A DNA stretch of 64,000 nucleotides, from the NCBI GenBank assembly GCA_963668025.2, contig CAXXTH010000011.1, forward strand, positions 32,001 to 96,000, in the 5' to 3' direction. Under the pieces are notes generated by a model. It made no database searches. It worked only from the letters and a program-made list of their open reading frames with translations, and was not told the DNA's origin. The stretch comes from Candidatus Hydrogenedentota bacterium (GTDB lineage: Bacteria; Hydrogenedentota; Hydrogenedentia; Hydrogenedentales; SLHB01). Position 1 is the stretch's first letter, and each line of letters opens with the position of its first letter. The position numbers were made by a program, and so were the translations under genes. Shown piece by piece: positions 10,110-23,240 of the stretch.

Positions 10110-10138
10110 ACAATACCAGAATACGCCATTCATTTCAA
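10110..10138 (-). promoter_or_regulatory. Putative sigma70 promoter of the tRNA
   Basis: TTGAAA-17 nt-TATTGT with an extended TG; overlaps a long hairpin at 10067-10114. Confidence 0.55.
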
Positions 10139-10178
10139 ATTTTCTGCATCGTTTTTCGATTAATGTGCTCTTCCATAC

Positions 10179-13364
<3,186 letters not shown>

Positions 13365-13483
13365 TTATCAGCCAGAATCGAAGAGCGCAAGCAGTGGCGT
13401 TTCCAGGAAATGATCGGTGCAGTATTATAAATACTCTAAATATATAAAATATATAGTAAATTAGCTATAAAGGATACTTAAAA

Positions 13484-13546
13484 TTTACCACAAAGACACG
13501 AAGACACAAAGAGTCATTCCTGGTGTCTTTGTGTCTTAGTGGTAAA
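13484..13546. repeat. Palindromic element with periodic units
   Basis: TTTACCACAAAGACACGAAGACAC ... GTGTCTTTGTGTCTTAGTGGTAAA inverted arms. Confidence 0.75.
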
Positions 13547-13671
13547 ATAATAGATAAATCCCACAACAATGTTCTCTATATGTTCAGCGCCAAATCGATA
13601 TGCTTGTTTTAGGGCTATTTCATAGTATAATCCATTTGCTTTCATACACAGAAAGAGGGATGTGTGATGCT
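13514..13671 (+). repeat. Direct repeat copy 1 (promoter + RBS + ATG)
   Basis: Aligns to 15368-15517, including GCGCCAAATCGATATGCTTGTTTTAGGGCTAT.TCATAGTATAATCCAT and GAAAGAGGGATGTGTGATGCT. Confidence 0.85.
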
Positions 13672-13697
13672 CCGAAGATGCCCGGCTGGGCGTCACG

Positions 13698-14117
13698 ATG
13701 GCGATGGGCGGGCACCAAACGCAAGCGGCCATGGATGCCTTGTTGAAACTGGCGCATGATCCGGACAGGGACGTGCGCGACTGGGCCGTCTTCGCGCTTG
13801 GTTCACTCAGTCAAGCGCACAACGAGGCGATACGCACCGTTCTGTGGACTCGGGTTTCCGATCCGGACGCCGAGATACGCGCCGAGGCGTTGATGGGCCT
13901 TGCCGTGCGTAAAGCGCCAGGGGCTGCGGCTGCTATTTTGGAGGAACTCAAAAAGGGCGATCCGATAGCCCTGCTGATTGAAGCGGTCGGAGAGACCGGC
14001 GATCCCTTCTTGTATGAAGCACTTTTCGCCGATAAGGCCCAGATCGAGCCGGGCGACGATGAAGTGTATTGCATCACGCTGGACGATGCCATTGAAAAAT
14101 GCACACCAAAGATATGA
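13698..14117 (+). CDS. HEAT-repeat protein, probably 5'-truncated
   Basis: DPDRDVRDWAVFALG and DPDAEIRAEALMGLA repeats. HEAT-like codons (EDARLGVT) continue upstream of the ATG to an in-frame TGA at 13665, at the repeat boundary. Confidence 0.65.
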   Translation: MAMGGHQTQAAMDALLKLAHDPDRDVRDWAVFALGSLSQAHNEAIRTVLWTRVSDPDAEIRAEALMGLAVRKAPGAAAAILEELKKGDPIALLIEAVGETGDPFLYEALFADKAQIEPGDDEVYCITLDDAIEKCTPKI

Positions 14118-14201
14118 AGACTGATCCATGTCATTTTTGTGTAATGGTATAGTAATTTTGTATATGTATTAATGTGGCTTGCTAGAAATGGAGTGTAACT
14201 G

Positions 14202-15281
14202 ATGCAACAATTTAACATTCGGCCCATAACCTTGTCTATTTATCTTGTCTTGTGCGCTGCCTTCTCATACTTTCAAGCCTCCGCCCAGAATACACCGCCG
14301 GAAACGGTTTCAGGTTACGATTTGCCCATCTCTAGCCGTTCGTATACAGAGCCCCTTTCTCCTGAACCTATTTCAGGTTCCATTACAGAGGAGACAGAGA
14401 TACATAATGTGATAAGCGCCACTGATGTCAGTGAAATTCGATTTGCCATTGGTGCCGAAGGGAATGCTTGTTTTATCATGTCTCACCAAGACAATCGGAC
14501 AGAAATGTTGCTCCTTTCTCCATCGGAAGCCATATGGTTTTCTTCCATGTCTGAAGCTGTTATCAAGATTTCCTCCCTGCTTGCGTTGCAAGATGATCGC
14601 TTAATGCATACTGTGTATAACGTTTGTTCCTTCTTGTTCCCATTACAGTATCAGAGTAAAGAAAGCATGCGCCTAAAGACATTTTCAAAAACAACCACAA
14701 GCGAGGGCGTTGTTTATAAGGAAATAGAGAGCGATTCCAGTAAAAAGCAGGCCGAAGAATACAACATATACACATTTAAAAAGAATCTGGATCGCTACTT
14801 AATATGTGATGTATGTTCGGGCTCTAAATTTGGAACGTCACATAACGCATGGGAATATATGGATGAAGTTCCTGGTCTGGGTTTTGTTCCTAGGAGTTAC
14901 ACCTGTACGTTTTCCAGCGATAAGCGCTCAGGCAGAATGAATAGCCTGGAAATGGACTCGGCTGTAGTTAAGCTTACACTAGCTAGTATGACCCAAGAAA
15001 TCCATGATGCTATACAGAATGCTCCAACCTACGATTATACTTCTCCGCTAACCGCCCTCATATGGAGGGCTCTTGGTTCCGTGGATGAAGAGGATTTCTA
15101 TTTTGTAGATGATTGCGCCAATTGGGAACGAGGACGCACCTATTTTTGCTTGCCTATTGTTATTCAATGGCTCGTTTTACTCATTATACTCATTCTCACG
15201 GGAAGCATTACGCTTGTTGTTGTAAAGACGATGCGAAAGAGGCAGTGTAATATCAAAGCAGCGACGAATGGGATTCATTGA
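14202..15281 (+). CDS. Hypothetical exported protein with a C-terminal TM anchor (AT-rich)
   Basis: 359-aa ORF; signal-like N-terminus (ASA-Q); hydrophobic C-terminal helix followed by KTMRKR; GGAG RBS. Confidence 0.6.
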   Translation: MQQFNIRPITLSIYLVLCAAFSYFQASAQNTPPETVSGYDLPISSRSYTEPLSPEPISGSITEETEIHNVISATDVSEIRFAIGAEGNACFIMSHQDNRTEMLLLSPSEAIWFSSMSEAVIKISSLLALQDDRLMHTVYNVCSFLFPLQYQSKESMRLKTFSKTTTSEGVVYKEIESDSSKKQAEEYNIYTFKKNLDRYLICDVCSGSKFGTSHNAWEYMDEVPGLGFVPRSYTCTFSSDKRSGRMNSLEMDSAVVKLTLASMTQEIHDAIQNAPTYDYTSPLTALIWRALGSVDEEDFYFVDDCANWERGRTYFCLPIVIQWLVLLIILILTGSITLVVVKTMRKRQCNIKAATNGIH

Positions 15282-15367
15282 TAGGAGTACAATGAAAATG
15301 GAATGGTGATGCATTTATGCATTTAGGTGTATATTAATATTATTGATTACAAGGAAGGCGCCAATTA

Positions 15368-15517
15368 TCATTCCTGGTTTCTTAGTGGTAAAATAATAGC
15401 AAAATCTTACAACAATGATCCCTTCAAGTTCCGCGCCAAATCGATATGCTTGTTTTAGGGCTATCTCATAGTATAATCCATCTGCTTCTTTATACGGAAA
15501 GAGGGATGTGTGATGCT
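15368..15517 (+). repeat. Direct repeat copy 2 (promoter + RBS + ATG)
   Basis: Aligns to 13514-13671. Confidence 0.85.
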
Positions 15518-15555
15518 TCCTATTCAGAATAACTTATCAATGCTGATGGTGTGCG

Positions 15556-16089
15556 GTGTTCGGCCGTAGCCACAGGCGTGAGCGGAGGAAAAAGGCGGCC
15601 GTGGCGGCCAGTATAGCCCTATTCGCTATATTGTTGTTGGTTGTGGTACGCGTCATCAGGGAGAACGCTTTTTCTTCTGGGGGATTCAACCTGCCTACAT
15701 TAAGCGTGGGGCCTCAAGATGTGGGGGAGGCGTCGGACTTAATCGAGGCCCTTGGCCCCGAGCCTAATGATGACAAAGTGATCGAGGCGGTTAAGAATCC
15801 GAATCTACCCGGGCGGCTTCTCGCGATCGAATTTTTGGGGGAAGGTGGGTATGGCGATGCGATTCCGGTGCTCGAGCGCATCGTGCGCAGTTCAACCGAC
15901 ACCGCGAGCATGCGCGCCGCCGCGCTCGAATCCATTTTTCTTATCGCTGAACACAAAGGCCGCTGGCTGGCGGAAGAATTCAAGCAGCATCCTCAACTCA
16001 AGGACGCCGCGCAACGTATTATAAACGATCCCGACTCTATTCGTAACCGTCCATCACGCTGCCGGGCGCTTATACGGCTGGCAAAGTAG
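15556..16089 (+). CDS. Membrane-anchored HEAT-repeat-like hypothetical protein
   Basis: Basic N-terminus plus TM; RLLAIEFLG...AIPVLERI and MRAAALESI helical repeats. Confidence 0.6.
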   Translation: MFGRSHRRERRKKAAVAASIALFAILLLVVVRVIRENAFSSGGFNLPTLSVGPQDVGEASDLIEALGPEPNDDKVIEAVKNPNLPGRLLAIEFLGEGGYGDAIPVLERIVRSSTDTASMRAAALESIFLIAEHKGRWLAEEFKQHPQLKDAAQRIINDPDSIRNRPSRCRALIRLAK

Positions 16090-16093
16090 CGCG

Positions 16094-17071
16094 TTAGCCT
16101 CGTTCGGGTTTGGCGTCCCGGCGCATTAGGGTACGCACAGCGCTCGATATGTCCGCGCCATCGAACAGGATATGGTGGACTTGCTCGGTGATAGGCATTT
16201 CGACATCGTATCGTTGCGCTAAGGCATACGCGGAACGGGCCGTGCGGACGCCTTCCGCCACCATGGCGGTCGCGCCCAGAATCTCGTTGAGCGTATGGCC
16301 CTTGGCGATTTTTTCACCCACCGAGCGGTTGCGTGAGTGGCGGCTTTCACACGTGACAATGAGGTCGCCCATGCCGCTCAACCCTGCGAATGTCAGCGAC
16401 TCCGCACCCATAGCCACACCCAGCCGTGCGATCTCCGCCAGGCCTCGCGTGATGAGGGCCGCTTTGGCGTTATCGCCCAACGCAAATCCATCACAAACGC
16501 CCGCTGCGATGGCGATAACATTTTTTAGGGAGCCGCCGAGTTCAACGCCCGCCAAATCGCCGCTGGTGTACACCCGGAAGGTGTCGGACATGAACGCCCG
16601 CTGGACCTTCTCACAATGGGCAGGTTCGTCGCCCGCCACCACCACGGAAGCAGGCAGATCCCGCGCCACTTCTTCCGCATGGCTCGGGCCAGACAATGCC
16701 ATCACCGGGCATGGCCCGCAGACGGAACGGATCACCTCGCTCATGCGCAGCAGGCTGTCATTCTCGATGCCCTTGGCCACACTAACCCGCAAGGTGTCTG
16801 GCGAGAAGCGCAATTGGGACACCACGGCGCGCATGGCATGGGAAGGCACGGCCAGCACAGCTATCTCGGCGCTGGGATCGGCTTCCCGCACCACCTCCAC
16901 CGATTCAGGCAGCAGCACATCTGGCAGAAAAAGCGGACTCTGCCGCGTGGTGCGCAATGCATCCGGGCCATCCTCTTCGCGGCACCATAAGCGCACGGAA
17001 TGGCCATTATTGCCCAGCAGGCGCGCCAGCGCCAGCCCCCAGCTTCCAGAACCTATCACTTGAATATTCAT
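16094..17071 (-). CDS. gpsA: NAD(P)H-dependent glycerol-3-phosphate dehydrogenase
   Basis: GSGSWG, KGIE, SGPSHAEEV, LKNVIAIAAG, GDNAKAAL, GLSGMGDLIVTC and SRNR motifs. Confidence 0.96.
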   Translation of the reverse strand: MNIQVIGSGSWGLALARLLGNNGHSVRLWCREEDGPDALRTTRQSPLFLPDVLLPESVEVVREADPSAEIAVLAVPSHAMRAVVSQLRFSPDTLRVSVAKGIENDSLLRMSEVIRSVCGPCPVMALSGPSHAEEVARDLPASVVVAGDEPAHCEKVQRAFMSDTFRVYTSGDLAGVELGGSLKNVIAIAAGVCDGFALGDNAKAALITRGLAEIARLGVAMGAESLTFAGLSGMGDLIVTCESRHSRNRSVGEKIAKGHTLNEILGATAMVAEGVRTARSAYALAQRYDVEMPITEQVHHILFDGADISSAVRTLMRRDAKPERG

Positions 17072-17355
17072 AGTGCAAGGTTATACATCATTTTTGAGGA
17101 GAAATCGAGTAAAGGATGGCGCTCACGGCTGTTCCATGAGCTCCCTGCATTTTTGAAATCTTCACCGGCCAGATTTGATCAATGACGTTCAACTATGATA
17201 GCTTCAACTCTTATTGCATGGCAAAAAAAATGAAAAGAAGCTTTCTGTAAATGCAATGATACCGCATGCCACTTAGGGGGTGTAAAACTCGCCGGGGTAT
17301 TTAAATCGGGGGTATCCTTCAACAGAGGCAGGATAGGGAAAAGGATCTTCAATTC

Positions 17356-18045
17356 ATGAATGAGTATGCTTCTTTCATCAAAACGAAGTTTGACCAGTTC
17401 AAAAGGAAAAGCGCCTTTGCTCCGCTGGTCTGCTGGCCAGTATGCGATGATGACGGCATGATCCGCGCTTTCTTGCGGCCGGTGACGGCGGATTTCCGTA
17501 TCACCTCGCCTCATTATGTATCGTTATTCAGCCAATGGCGGCGGGAAAATCCCACCGTGTCGCGGGGCGTATTCGAGATTACCGACGAGAGAACCGAGCG
17601 CTGGCTGGATAATCTCGTCATCAATAGGGATGACCGTATCCTCTTCATGGTTGTAGATTTAAACGGAAAAGAGCTAGGCCACCTCGGTTTTTCCACTTTC
17701 AAATACGATGAGCGTGAAGCAGAGGTGGATTATGTGCTTCGAGGCGTGAAGGATACGCTCCCCGGCCTCATGTATTATGCGATGATCGCACTTATGCGCC
17801 TGGGCTTATCCGAGCTGGATCTGCGAGTCATTTCCTTGCGGGTTTTCGCGGATAATGAGCACGCGGTGAAGTTTTATGAACGGTGCGGCTTTTCCATCAC
17901 GGGGCGTATTCCTTTGTATTGGAGTGTATTGCCGGATGGGGAAGAACGTTGGGAAGAAGAACCTGCCCATGCAGGCCAGGAGCCGGGACGTTTCTATAGT
18001 GAGATGATATTGAACAATGCCTTCATTCAGTCCAAGATGGCTTAA
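17356..18045 (+). CDS. GNAT family N-acetyltransferase (RimL/PseH-like)
   Basis: LGHLGF, LRVFADNEHAVKFYERCGF motifs. Confidence 0.8.
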   Translation: MNEYASFIKTKFDQFKRKSAFAPLVCWPVCDDDGMIRAFLRPVTADFRITSPHYVSLFSQWRRENPTVSRGVFEITDERTERWLDNLVINRDDRILFMVVDLNGKELGHLGFSTFKYDEREAEVDYVLRGVKDTLPGLMYYAMIALMRLGLSELDLRVISLRVFADNEHAVKFYERCGFSITGRIPLYWSVLPDGEERWEEEPAHAGQEPGRFYSEMILNNAFIQSKMA

Positions 18046-18065
18046 TCTGGGGAGGCTGTTAAATT

Positions 18066-19121
18066 TTGAACGTGCAACCGCCGAATAATCATGGCGTAGT
18101 GGCTGGCGCGGAAAGCGAAGCGGATTCGCTTTTCCGGCCTGTGATTAGCATTGTGACGCCTTGCTATAACGAGCAGGGAAATATTCATCGCGTTGTTAGC
18201 GCCGTACGGGATATCTTTCAGAACTTGCCTGCCGTGGCGTATGAGCACATTTTCGCCGACAATTGCTCCACCGATGAAACCCTTCCCATGCTGCGGGAGC
18301 TTGCCCGCACGGATAAACGGATAAAAATTATTGCGAACGCCCGGAATTTCGGCGCTTCCCGTTCCGTGTTCAATGCTTTGCTGGCCAGCAAAGGCAACGC
18401 GGCTATTCTATTGGCGGCCGATCTCGAGGATCCGGCGGAACTGATTCCCCTGTTCATTGAAAAATGGCGGGAAGGGAATCCCATCGTGTTCGGTGTCCGC
18501 GAAAAACGAAGCGGCTCGAAGCTCATGGCGTTGTTGCGGAAAATCTACTACCGGGTGTTGAATGCCGTTTCGGAAGATGAACTCCTGAATGATGCAGGCG
18601 ATTTTGTTCTTATTGATCAACGGGTGATCGAAGTATTGCGGCATGTCAATCATCAAGAACCCTACCTGCGGGGCATCTTGACATCCCTCGGATTTCCCTA
18701 TACTGGCATCAAGTATTGTATGAGTAAACGGACCTGGGGTAAATCCAAGACTAATCCCATCTATTTGATTATGTATTCGCTCAATGCCTTGGTAGCCCAT
18801 TCCCGTTTTCCGATAAAATTAGCGACGCTTGGCGGGCTGGTGGTTGCTTTTTTTTCGCTGTTGTATGCAGTAGTCACGTTTGCGGTAAAACTGTTTGTAG
18901 GCAGTTCTGCCCCGCCTGGTCTAGTTACTGTCGCGATAGGGGTTTTCTTTTTAGGCGGCTGCCAGTTATTTACATTAGGCTTCATAGGTGAATATATCGC
19001 TTCCATGCACCGGCTGATGAAAAATCACCCGCTCGTGATCGAACGGGAGCGGATAAATTTCGATGGCAATACAGGCGATGAAGCAGAAGCTAGTTCAGAA
19101 TCTAGCATGAAAAGAGAGTAG
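18066..19121 (+). CDS. GT2 polyisoprenyl-phosphate glycosyltransferase (GtrB/ArnC-like)
   Basis: ISIVTPCYNEQ, DNCSTD, RNFG, ADLEDP and GDF motifs; two C-terminal TMs ending LGFIGEYI. Confidence 0.88.
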   Translation: MNVQPPNNHGVVAGAESEADSLFRPVISIVTPCYNEQGNIHRVVSAVRDIFQNLPAVAYEHIFADNCSTDETLPMLRELARTDKRIKIIANARNFGASRSVFNALLASKGNAAILLAADLEDPAELIPLFIEKWREGNPIVFGVREKRSGSKLMALLRKIYYRVLNAVSEDELLNDAGDFVLIDQRVIEVLRHVNHQEPYLRGILTSLGFPYTGIKYCMSKRTWGKSKTNPIYLIMYSLNALVAHSRFPIKLATLGGLVVAFFSLLYAVVTFAVKLFVGSSAPPGLVTVAIGVFFLGGCQLFTLGFIGEYIASMHRLMKNHPLVIERERINFDGNTGDEAEASSESSMKRE

Positions 19122-19126
19122 AAGAT

Positions 19127-20282
19127 ATGGCTTTAAGCATTGGCAAACGTACGGATTCCATCGTTCAGTCCGAAATCCGCAACATGTCGATCGAATGTGA
19201 TCGGGCAGGCGGCATCAACCTATCTCAAGGCATATGTGATCTTCCCGTGCCGGAACCAGTCAGGCAAGGCGCGCATGACGCTATCGAGGCGGGCGTAAAC
19301 CAATATACGCGCTATGATGGGCTGGCGGAGTTGCGTGCCGCCATCGCGGAAAAGCTTGTTTCATACAACCGCATTCCCGCCGATCCCGCGAAAAATATCA
19401 CCGTATCCAGCGGCTCGACGGGGGCGTTGTATTCGGCAGGGCTGGCGCTGATGAATCCTGGCGATGAAGTCATTCTTTTCGAGCCGTATTACGGATACCA
19501 TCTCAACACGATTCTGGCGCTTGATCTCGTACCGCGCTATGTCCGTTTAACGCCGCCCCATTGGACTTTCGACGCGGCTGACCTGGAAGCAGTGGTGACG
19601 CCCCGGACGCGCGCCATCATGATCTGCACGCCATCCAATCCCTGCGGCAAAGTGATGACATGCGAAGAGCTGGAATTCCTGGGCAATTTCGCCATTAAGC
19701 ATAATATCTTCGTGTTCACGGATGAGATTTATGAATACTTCGTCTACGATGGCCGTGAGCACATCAGCCCCGCGTCGTTGGAGTGTATCCGTGACCGCAC
19801 GATTTCGATCTCAGGCTATTCGAAAACCTTCAGCATCACGGGCTGGCGCATCGGATATGCGCATTGCGATGAACGCTGGACGCAGATGATCGGTTATGTG
19901 AACGATTTGGTGTATGTCTGCGCGCCTGCTCCCTTGCAGTTAGGCGTGGCGCGTGGCATCCGCGAACTGCCGCATGCGTATTATGAACAGCTTTGCCAAA
20001 CCTACGCCCATAAACGCGCCATGATTTGCACGACCTTGGAGGAATGCGGCATAACGCCCTATCCGCCACAGGGCGCTTATTATGTGCTGGCGGATGTTTC
20101 CCGCCTTCCGGGCGGCACAAGCAAAGAAAAAGCCCATGTATTTGCTGAAGCAAACAGGTGTGGCTTCTGTTCCAGGGAGCGCTTTCTATCATGATGGCGC
20201 TGGTGAAAAGCTGGTGCGTTTCTGTTTCGCCAAGGATGAGGAAGTATTGTCGGAAGCCTGCGAACGGCTCCGAAAACTGTAG
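19127..20282 (+). pseudogene. Class I/II PLP-dependent aminotransferase with an apparent frameshift near 20133-20135
   Basis: INLSQG, PSNPCG, DEIYE and SKTFSITGWRIG motifs in frame 1. The conserved C-terminus (GVASVPGSAFY, VRFCFAK) is in another frame; removing one C from GCCCATG restores continuity. Confidence 0.8.
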
Positions 20283-20293
20283 GAAGTGAAGAG

Positions 20294-21397
20294 ATGCGCA
20301 AGAAGATAGCATTTGCTGGACCATGGATTACGCAAAAAGAAATTGATTATGTCACCGACGCGACATGGAACGGTTTCTACGAAACATATGACCAGCATGC
20401 AAAAAAACTAGAAAAGACTATTTGTGAATATCTAGGCGTCAAGCATGCTATTGCGACGCATTGCTGCACGCTGGCGCTGCATCTTGCGTGCGCCAGCCTC
20501 GGCCTCAAGGAAGGCGACGAGGTCATCTGCACGGATTTCAGTTGGATCGCCACGGCGTACGCCATCAAATACACGGGAGCAGAGCCGGTATTGGTGGACA
20601 TCGACCCGGATACCTGGTGCATTTCGCCCGCAGCTATCCGCGCCGCCATCACGCCCAAGACGAAAGCGATCATGCTGGTGCATTGTTTTGGCCATCCCGC
20701 CCAGATGGATGAGATCATGGCCATTGCCCGTGAACACCGCCTCCGGGTGATTGAAGACGCTGCACCCGCGCTGGGCGCGGAATTCAACGGCCAAAAGACC
20801 GGAACCTTCGGCGATTTCGCCTGTTTCAGCTTCCAAGGCGCCAAGCTGACCGTCAGCGGCGAAGGCGGCGTGGTTGTCACTAATGACGATGAGCTTTATG
20901 AGAAGGCCGCGCTGCTGGCCTCGATGGGCCGGACGGATTCGCAGGCGGTCTTCTGGTCGGACGCCCTTGGATTCCAATATACTATCGCGAATTTGACCGC
21001 CGCACTGGCGCTGGCGCAAGTCGAGCGCATCGACGAACTACTTTGGAAAAAGCGCCAAATCTTCAATTGGTATCTTGAGCGCCTGAAAGACGTGCCAGGA
21101 ATTCATCTCATCGTCGAGAAGGAAGGCTGCAAGAGCAATTACTGTTATCCATCCATGTTGCTCGATGAGGATGTACGCACGCCCCGCGATGAGATTTTGC
21201 GGCAATTCCGGGAGCGCAATATTCATTGCCGGCCTGGATTCCCGCGCATGAGCCGTTTCCCCACACTCGAACAGCGGTATCCCAATCCGGCCGCCCAGGC
21301 CGTCGAGGAACGGGGTATATCGCTGGCAGCCGCGGCAAATCTGAATGAAGAAGACATTGATTTCGTCTGTGAAAGCTTAAAGGAACTTGTACTCTGA
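20294..21397 (+). CDS. DegT/DnrJ/EryC1/StrS sugar aminotransferase (perosamine-synthase-like)
   Basis: LKEGDEVI, IEDAA and FSFQGAKLTVSGEGG motifs; catalytic Lys present. Confidence 0.9.
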   Translation: MRKKIAFAGPWITQKEIDYVTDATWNGFYETYDQHAKKLEKTICEYLGVKHAIATHCCTLALHLACASLGLKEGDEVICTDFSWIATAYAIKYTGAEPVLVDIDPDTWCISPAAIRAAITPKTKAIMLVHCFGHPAQMDEIMAIAREHRLRVIEDAAPALGAEFNGQKTGTFGDFACFSFQGAKLTVSGEGGVVVTNDDELYEKAALLASMGRTDSQAVFWSDALGFQYTIANLTAALALAQVERIDELLWKKRQIFNWYLERLKDVPGIHLIVEKEGCKSNYCYPSMLLDEDVRTPRDEILRQFRERNIHCRPGFPRMSRFPTLEQRYPNPAAQAVEERGISLAAAANLNEEDIDFVCESLKELVL

Positions 21398-21425
21398 AAG
21401 TCGGAAGAAGGGCACAATAAATAAC

Positions 21426-23210
21426 ATGCGTGTAGCGGATTATATAACGGACCAGATTTACAAAGCGGGCGGCGAGGATGTATTTCTCATCACTGGCGGC
21501 ATGATCATGCATCTCATGGATGCGCTTTTACTACATCCGCATCAGCGGTATGTATGCTGCCATCACGAGCAGGCCGCCGCCATGGCGGCGGAAGCTTATG
21601 GACGATATACCGGGCGTTTGGGCGCGGCTTATGTCACGGCGGGGCCAGGCGCCTTGAACACCTTGACTGGCGTCGTGGGAGCGTATTTAGACGGTGCGCC
21701 GTGTATTATCGTGGCGGGACAATCGAAAATCTCGCAGGCAAAAGTAGTTGGGCCCCGCCAATTCGCGCATCAAGGTTTTCATACGCTTCCTATTTTCCAG
21801 CAAGTGACGAAATACGCCGTGATGCTGGATGATATTACCCGTGTGCGGTATGAAGTAGAGAAGGCGATCTACATGGCCACCTCGCACCGGGTAGGGCCGG
21901 TGTGGCTCGAGGTGCCCATCGACATTCAAGGCGCGCCTTTTGAGCCAAGCCAATATGAAGGATACACACCCGAGCCTTCGGAACAGGCCTTATTCAAGCC
22001 GGATAGCGCGGATGTCGCCCGTGTGGCGGAAGCCCTTCGTAACAGCCGCCGCCCCAGTATTATCGCGGGCGCGGGCGTCCGGGCTTCGGGCGCGGTGGAG
22101 GCCTTGCAGCGGTTTATCGAGAAACGCAATATCCCAATGATGACCTCCCGCCTTGGCATGGATCTGATTAGTGTTGATCATCCTCTATATGTGGGCAGGC
22201 CCGGCACTTACGGTGATCGCCCCGCTAATTTTACGGTGCAGAATTCTGACTTGCTTATTGTGCTTGGCTGTCGACTTGCCATTGGCTTGGTTGGTTATGA
22301 TTATCAAGGATTCGCTCCTAACGCCACAAAAATCATGGTGGACGTGGACGTAAAAGAACTAGAGAAGCCTTCGGTCGTGCCCGATATCCCTGTGCTCGCG
22401 GATGTCGATTTGTTTTTACGCGCGTTGGAGGAGGCGTTAGGCGATTTCCGATTTGACAATCAACCATGGGTGGAACAAACCCAGCACTGGAAACACACAT
22501 ATCCAACGGCATTGCCTGAGTATGCGGAAGAAACAGAAGGCGTGAATTCCTATCATTTTACGGATGTTTTTTCACGCAAATTGCCAGAAGACGCCGTTTT
22601 TTCGTGTGATACGGGTTCTTGCTTCCACGTGCATGCCCAGGCCTTTCGAGTGAAATACGGCCAGCGCCATATCATCACCGGCGGGCTTTCGACCATGGGA
22701 TATTTTCCAGGATCGGTTGGCGTAGCTGTCGCGAGGAAAGATCGTGATGTGTATTGCATCACGGGCGATGGGTCTTTCCAAATGAACCTTCAAGAGCTGC
22801 AAACTATCGCACATCACCATCTTCCAGTAAAAATAGTGATGTATCATAATAGCGGTTATTTGCTCATTCGCCTGACGCAAGTAAATTTCCAGGAAAGCCG
22901 CTTCATGGGCATCGATACGCCTACGGGCATGAGCACGCCGGATATGGAAAAGATCGCCGACGCGTATGGCATTCATTTCATCCGCATCGCGTCACGAGAT
23001 GAACTAGACGCCAAGCTGGATGAGTTAATTGCGTACAAAGGGCCGGTTATTTGTGAAGTGCGCATGCCCAGTGACCAGCTTTTAGGCCCTCGCGTAGCAT
23101 CCCGAAAACTAGATGATGGCAGCATGGTCTCTTGCCCATATGATGACATGTTCCCATTTTTACCCCGGGATGAATATGAACAAAACAATGTGTGTGGGCG
23201 TATTGTATAA
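21426..23210 (+). CDS. ThDP-dependent enzyme, acetolactate-synthase-like (YerE-type sugar C-branching)
   Basis: MRVADYI, HHEQAAAMAAE, TAGPG and ThDP motif GDGSFQMN...HNSGY; located in a CDP-sugar cluster. Confidence 0.85.
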   Translation: MRVADYITDQIYKAGGEDVFLITGGMIMHLMDALLLHPHQRYVCCHHEQAAAMAAEAYGRYTGRLGAAYVTAGPGALNTLTGVVGAYLDGAPCIIVAGQSKISQAKVVGPRQFAHQGFHTLPIFQQVTKYAVMLDDITRVRYEVEKAIYMATSHRVGPVWLEVPIDIQGAPFEPSQYEGYTPEPSEQALFKPDSADVARVAEALRNSRRPSIIAGAGVRASGAVEALQRFIEKRNIPMMTSRLGMDLISVDHPLYVGRPGTYGDRPANFTVQNSDLLIVLGCRLAIGLVGYDYQGFAPNATKIMVDVDVKELEKPSVVPDIPVLADVDLFLRALEEALGDFRFDNQPWVEQTQHWKHTYPTALPEYAEETEGVNSYHFTDVFSRKLPEDAVFSCDTGSCFHVHAQAFRVKYGQRHIITGGLSTMGYFPGSVGVAVARKDRDVYCITGDGSFQMNLQELQTIAHHHLPVKIVMYHNSGYLLIRLTQVNFQESRFMGIDTPTGMSTPDMEKIADAYGIHFIRIASRDELDAKLDELIAYKGPVICEVRMPSDQLLGPRVASRKLDDGSMVSCPYDDMFPFLPRDEYEQNNVCGRIV

Positions 23211-23240
23211 CTAAATGCCAAGATCGAGGAGACTTGCTTC

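Noticed and set aside
17072-17355. JUMPstart/ops element ahead of the sugar cluster
   Set aside because: No GGCGGTAG-type ops sequence is visible.
21426-23210. Housekeeping acetolactate synthase (ilvB)
   Set aside because: No ilvN/ilvC neighbours; it is embedded in a CDP-sugar cluster.
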